The notes beneath the pieces were generated by a model. The model saw nothing but the letters and a program-made list of their open reading frames with translations. It was not told the origin of the DNA and made no database searches. Source: Chrysemys picta bellii (taxonomy: Eukaryota). Taken from it: a stretch of DNA of 64,000 bases. Positions within the stretch are counted from its first letter, which is position 1. Each line of letters starts with the position of its first letter. The position numbers and the translations under genes were made by a program. Where the stretch lies: NCBI RefSeq assembly GCF_011386835.1, contig NC_088793.1, positions 135,408,001 to 135,472,000 on the forward strand. The letters run 5' to 3'. Of the stretch, positions 1 through 64,000 are shown in pieces.

Positions 1-912
1 AGAGGACTATGTTAATGTGAACTAGGAACCTTTTTGTTCATGCCTGCAGCAGCCACACGGGGATGTTACAGACAGTACTTTGGTGAATACTGCTATTCAC
101 ACCTCTGTAGCCAAACTGTGAGGCAGTGTAGACATGTCGTAAATTCTCTTTTCTACCCATACTCTACATTCTTTTCTTGAGCTTGATAGGAGATTCCACA
201 GGCAAATGTCTAACGCACATGGAGATGTAACAGGCACATTTCTACGGTATCAGTACTGCTAGTGCTGTTATTTGGGACAATGTTTGCAAATGTGCGTTCT
301 CCTACTGGAAAAAAAAATTCCTTCACTTCTGTCATGTATACTACAATCTTTTAATTAGACAGAATGAATCTTAGAAACTCTGACTGCAGAATAATTGTTA
401 TTTAATGGATAATTGAAGCTTTCATTCTCACATCACTTTGGGTTCCATTTTCCATTCTTTACTCAGGCTGAGCTCACGATGACTTCAATGAGAGTAAGGA
501 CTGCAGGACTGGGCTTAGACTGGTTAATTTATTAATATCATTTACCCACAGCTCCTGTTTTGCTGCATTGTTTTCCTCTTTGTGGAAATCTTATTGCTAT
601 TCTGTGAGATAACCACATTAGGCTTTTATTCCACTATGACTCTTATTTATTAACATCTCTTTTTTTAATTAAAAAACACATCTAGCAGCCTAACCAATTT
701 TATTGGGGTAATCCAGGATGTTATATTTATGAATTATCATATTAGTTACATCTATGTAAATTACTTCATATACAGTACTAAGCAATATTTATGTGGCAGG
801 AAAATAAATTAGAGTAAATATCAGATTTAGGCTTTCGTTAACAAACAAAAACAAACAAACAAACAAAAAAGGAGGTGGCACATGCCCGTGGAGTGGGAAT
901 GTCAGGGAGATG

Positions 913-1115
913 TTAGATTCACCAATTTCAAGGCCAGCAGGGACCATTACGATGATATAGTCTGACCTCCTACATAACACAGGCCATAGAACCTCACTCA
1001 ATAATTCTTACTTCAAGCCCATAACTTCTGTCTGAGCTAAAGCATATCTTTTAGACCGACATCCAGTGTTTAAATCAAGACTTCAATTGATGGAGAATCC
1101 ACCATGTCCTTGGTC
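913..1115 (-). mobile_element. CR1 LINE 3' end fragment
   Basis: Matches the reverse of the CR1 3' UTR (aaggccagcagggacc...tagtctgacctcc...gatggagaatccacca). Confidence 0.75.
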
Positions 1116-1146
1116 ATGGCCCTCTAACCTTATGGATGTCCTAAAA

Positions 1147-1445
1147 CAGGAGTAGGCAACCTATGGCACGTGTGCCAAAGGCGGCACATGAGCTGATTTT
1201 CAGTGGCACTCACACTGCCCAGGTCCAGGGGACTCTGCATTTTAATTTAATTTTAAATGAAGCTTCTTAAACATTTTTAAAACCTTATTTACTTTACATA
1301 ACAACAATAGTTTAGTTATATATTATAGACTTATAGAAAGAGACCTTCTAAAAACGTTAAAATGTATTACTGGCATGCGAAACCTTAAATTAGAGTGAAT
1401 AAGTGAAGACTTGGCACACCACTTCTGAAAGGTTGCTGACCCCTG
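1147..1445. mobile_element. hAT (Charlie-type) non-autonomous element
   Basis: TIRs caggagtaggcaacct / aggttgctgacccctg; 8-bp TSD tcctaaaa / tcctaaag. Confidence 0.88.
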
Positions 1446-2481
1446 TCCTAAAGCCATGAGGAAATGCTACTAATCCTGGGGCTTTTGTGAAAGGTGCTAG
1501 ACCTTTGCATGACCCCCCGGGTATCTCCTCCACCCACTCAGAACCAAATGCCTGTCTGCCTGCCCCTTGGCTAATTTCCTTGTGGGTTTTATATGGAATG
1601 ATGCTGCAGAGAATATCTCTACTTGTCACCCCCGTCTATGCCATCCAGTCACATTACCCCTCAGCCCATGGACTGTATGGTGTCCAGCAAGCAGTCAGGG
1701 GCTGGTGGAATGATGCCTCTTTGGCTCTACCCCCTTCCCTCTGACAGATTTTGGGCCATAATAAAACCCTTCCTGCAATTTTTTTCACCTTCTGCAACAC
1801 ATAGTAAAGGGGATGGCATGATCCTGAGGGCCAGACTAAATCCAATGCCACCCACCTTCTGTACTATCGTGGCTTTTATAACTCAGACAAGATCTCCCAA
1901 ATTGTTCAGTGTGTGTGGTTGAGGAGGGAATCTTGAGCACCTGGTATGAAAGCCGCATGACGTTTTTGCTGAATACAGCCGTAGGAGTTCTGGTCTATCA
2001 GATTGGTATGTATGTAATTCAGGTGCACTGAATGCATGAACTGTATGAATGTGCTGAAACCCAGCTAACCTATTAGGAGATGAAATGTCATGCCATTATC
2101 ATGATGAGCTATTTTCCACTGGATTTGCAGTAAGGCCTCTAACTTCACTTATGATCTCTGTATCATGTGGCTTTGAGAACATTCTGTGTTGGTAATATAC
2201 AGTGAAATAAGCATTCAACCCTTCGTGCATTTTCTAGAATTTCATTAAATTACAAGAATTGAACTCAATCAATAAAATTCAATAACTTCTAACACTTAAC
2301 TTTATTTGTGCTCAGTCCTTCTGTCCCTGTGCAAACACTGGGGGTTATTCCTAAGTAAGAACTGCAAGAGTAGGCCTGTTCTTCAGACTGGTAGTTGTGT
2401 GAGTATTATGTGACAGAGAAATTAATATATATTCCCTGAACAGTACATTTTAATCTATTTTCTTATTATGTTTCTTTATAG

Positions 2482-60837
<58,356 letters not shown>

Positions 60838-62732
60838 GTAAGGAGACCCTTGACAAATACTAGCATGGCCATCACTTGGTTTTCTTTGCCATTTTTGCGT
60901 TGTGTTATGTACTGCCTTGTTGCATGTTGCATGGCTGCATGGCTGAATGCATGGTCTTCATGGGCTACTAATGATTCTTTAGGTTGTTAGAACACAGAAG
61001 TTTTTAGATGGAGTAAACAGCTTTTGTAGTAATAAAAAAGAAGTGTGTGTAAATCTGATTAAGAGGAGATTGATTCCCAGGCTCATTGTCCTAACAAGAA
61101 ACAGAATTCAAACAAGATCATTATAAAAGTATTTGTTGCTTTATACCTATTCAGTACTGGCCTGCTAAAGTCAAAACAGATTAGCATTTACACATTTTTT
61201 ATCTCTGAAAGTCACTAAAGCAAAGTCTGTTGTGGGCTGAAATGCTTAGCTGATATTCCATGGAATTCTTCCATACTTGTGCTTAACTCTAGATCTGCAT
61301 GTCTATCATGTTTCAGACATCACTTGATTATAAAAGTGGTGGGGTGCATCCTTAATTTCTGCCTGGTGAAAATCACTTAATTGTCTATTCTAGACCCAAG
61401 GTACAGTCATTCACTCTCTGCAGCCTTTTCTAACGTCATGCTGATGGAAGGCTAGCTGAAAATATGGCCCTATGTCCATATCTTCTGTAATAGGAGCAGT
61501 GGGGACTTCAGCATCCATCATTATCCATTTGGATAATTATCTGGATGATTCCAGTTTGATTTAAAAAATACAGTTCTAACCCAGTTCCCATATATTCCTT
61601 TCTATCTGAAGGGAAAATACCTGTTTGCTGCAGCACTGTGATATTCCAAAAGTTTATAAACCCTTCTTGTAATCAGTAAGATAAAAAAAATATATGGAAA
61701 GTAATTTGGCATCATGTTTTGAACTTTCAGACTTCTGGGATAAGCAAAGTGGATATAGTTCATCTGTTAATCATTTTACAAGACCATGAGAGAAATGAAA
61801 TTACTTGCCCGAAATGTGGGAAATTGTTTCAGCTTTTTGTGGCATAATGTCAGTAAAGTGTAAAGTATGTCACACAACTGCTCTTCATGTATGGTAGGCT
61901 GCTTTTCCACAAAATGTTACAACCTCTATTGGTTTATTTTGGTGCCTACCAAGTCAGTGACAGTTAGCATGATTTGACAGATTATCCAGCTCAGTATTAT
62001 ATTATTTGAGATTTTGGGGAAATATTTTCAGGAATAGTTTTTCATGGATTAATCTCTTGGATTATTTTTTTAGGATTGATAATGGGCAAACTGCAAAAAC
62101 TGAGATTGTGAACTTCATATAAGGTCTGTGTTGCTAGACGGAGGACAGTTTGCATTGTACATCCCAGCCCAGCCAGTATCCATTCTTGGATTCTGTGGAG
62201 GGGGCTTTGCTGGATCTATGTGATGAAGGGTATAGGTGCCACAGAAGCAGCTGAGCCTAACTACTGTGGGTGCATCTTCCTTAGGAAGAACAGTTGGTTC
62301 TTAATCTGCGTTAGCTAACATATGATAACTACCACAAAGTAAAATCCTCATGACTATACAGGGCACTTTGTAGTTTTCATGTCTGTTAGCAGGTTGAATT
62401 AAAGACTGGAGGAGTCTAGAGTGTGACCTTGAACTGCTAACTCATGAGAAAACGACAAACTGCCTTCTCTTCACTAAAATTTACGTTAGCTAACTTTAGT
62501 TAAGAACTCACGTTTTTTTCTAGTGAAGACAAGACCTGTCTGGAAGAGGAAGAGCTCCACATGAGGGTGAATCCTCCACATGCAGATCTAGGGGATACAG
62601 TCAGGTCCTAGGAATTTACTTTGCTTCTTATGTGTTTTGGAATGTGTGTTTGAATGAACAAAACAAGTTTAATTGTAGCCGCAGTATGGGACTTGCTACT
62701 GGCTAGACATTAACTACATGTGCGGTAGTGCT

Positions 62733-62905
62733 GTTCCTGAACCTCCAACTGCTAGAAGCTGGGACTGGACAGCAGGGAATGGAGCACTCGATAAATTGCC
62801 CTGTTCTGTTCACTCCCTCCAAAGCATCTGGCACCAGCCATTGTCTGAAGACAAGATACTGGGCTAGATGGCCCATTGGTCTGACCCAGTATGGCCGTTC
62901 TTATG
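62733..62905 (+). mobile_element. CR1 3' UTR fragment (same subfamily as 39011-39822)
   Basis: ataaattgccctgttctgttcactccc...attggtctgacccagtatggccgttcttatg. Confidence 0.88.
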
Positions 62906-63088
62906 AGTGTTATGGGATCTGTACACTACTCCCAAAGATAGATTAGTATATTGTGTATAGTAAAAGGAAAGACATTTGTAAAAGCTGTGTGGCCTTAATT
63001 CTGTGTAAAGGGCCACACAAAATCAGAAGCTAAGCATGATGGTTTGCCAGACAGAAGACCCTGAAATGTGTTAACCATACTGGATTAC

Positions 63089-63972
63089 TGTGACTGGGTG
63101 CCTGGATGGACCACACTGAGAATGCCACACTCAGGGCAGACTGCAAGAAATAGGACAGACAGTCCCCCAAAGTGGTGTTTTATTCTATAATTAGATTCAC
63201 CAAAGAGCTTCTGCAGTACCACACTGGTTAACAAGAAGCCAAACACAGTCCCCGTTAGGCATTTCAGTCTAGTCTAATATAGTGGTAGGTTACTGAAAAC
63301 TCTATTAATCATACTTAAAGTTCTACCAATCCCAAAGGATCATACACTTACCCTCAGGTCAATATATACTTAAAATCTTACCCAAATAGCACGCTGGCAG
63401 CCAATCCTTTGTAAACTAGCTAAAGATTTATTAATAAAAGAAAAGAAGGGCGTTATTAAAAGGTTAAGGAATCATATACATACAAGTGATTTTCAGTGTT
63501 CATATAACATCACTGTTGTGATTCTGATCTATCTGCTGGCTTGCAAAAGTCTCTTTGGAATTATCCTAAAAGGTTAGAATCCAAATGCAGCGTAGATGTA
63601 GAGTCTGCTAGAGTCTTTCCATGCCTTTTCCAGAGTATTCCATGTAACTACTTGGAAAATCTCAGTCCCACGGATTAAATTTTCCCTGTTCAAAATTGAG
63701 CAGACTAGAGATGAAAGGATCAGGCTGGAGGTTTCTCTTTATAGTTGAAGCAGGTTTTTCAAGTGCTTTGAGCACAGCATGTGACTGAGAATTCTTCTTT
63801 GTTGAGCACACACTGTCCCATCACTTGAAGTTAACATTCTATTTACTATGCATACACAGGTAATCTAGTTATACTGATGAATGTAAAGCGAATGCCGATC
63901 AGAGATTATATCATGGATAAATAAGATGAAGACAATATATGTAATATTGTTAATTTCATGCAGTGTCTCACA
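63089..63972. mobile_element. Probable solo LTR (Gypsy-like)
   Basis: Starts TGTGAC...cacactgagaatgccacactcagggcagactgc, a recurrent turtle LTR start. The right end and TSD are not resolved. Confidence 0.5.
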
Positions 63973-64000
63973 TCTTTTTGATCTTAAGGTCTACTGAACA

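Noticed and set aside
1-2481. Search for the preceding RYR2 exon (ending ...MIRGLG) here, and for the next exon (GNDATSIV...) in 60838-64000
   Set aside because: No matching coding sequence was found by eye in either region. Both exons presumably lie outside the window.

Overview
Eukaryotic, intron-rich window, very probably from a turtle (tortoise-type tRNA/CR1-tailed SINEs, turtle-type CR1, hAT and Penelope repeats). It holds 22 consecutive internal coding exons of RYR2 (cardiac ryanodine receptor) on the + strand, from 2482 to 60837. All have GT-AG boundaries and splice into one open frame of 2624 nt (874 full codons). They correspond to roughly human exons 42-63 (numbering from memory): bridging solenoid / helical domain, Repeat3-4 with the S2808/S2814 phospho-loop, and the following solenoid. 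The flanking exons lie outside the window. The introns are packed with mobile DNA: a near-complete 2.5 kb Chapaev3-like DNA transposon with a two-lesion transposase, CR1 and L2 LINE fragments, two Penelope-like fragments carrying minimal hammerhead-ribozyme motifs, many hAT and Harbinger-like MITEs, and ancient AmnSINE1, LF-SINE and MIR copies. I see no clearly novel multi-gene system. The best leads are the Chapaev element, the hammerhead motifs, a fold-back MITE carrying two perfect MEF2 sites, and a TAG-TAG-GAG tandem splice acceptor. All repeat-family names come from recognition by eye, not from a database search.
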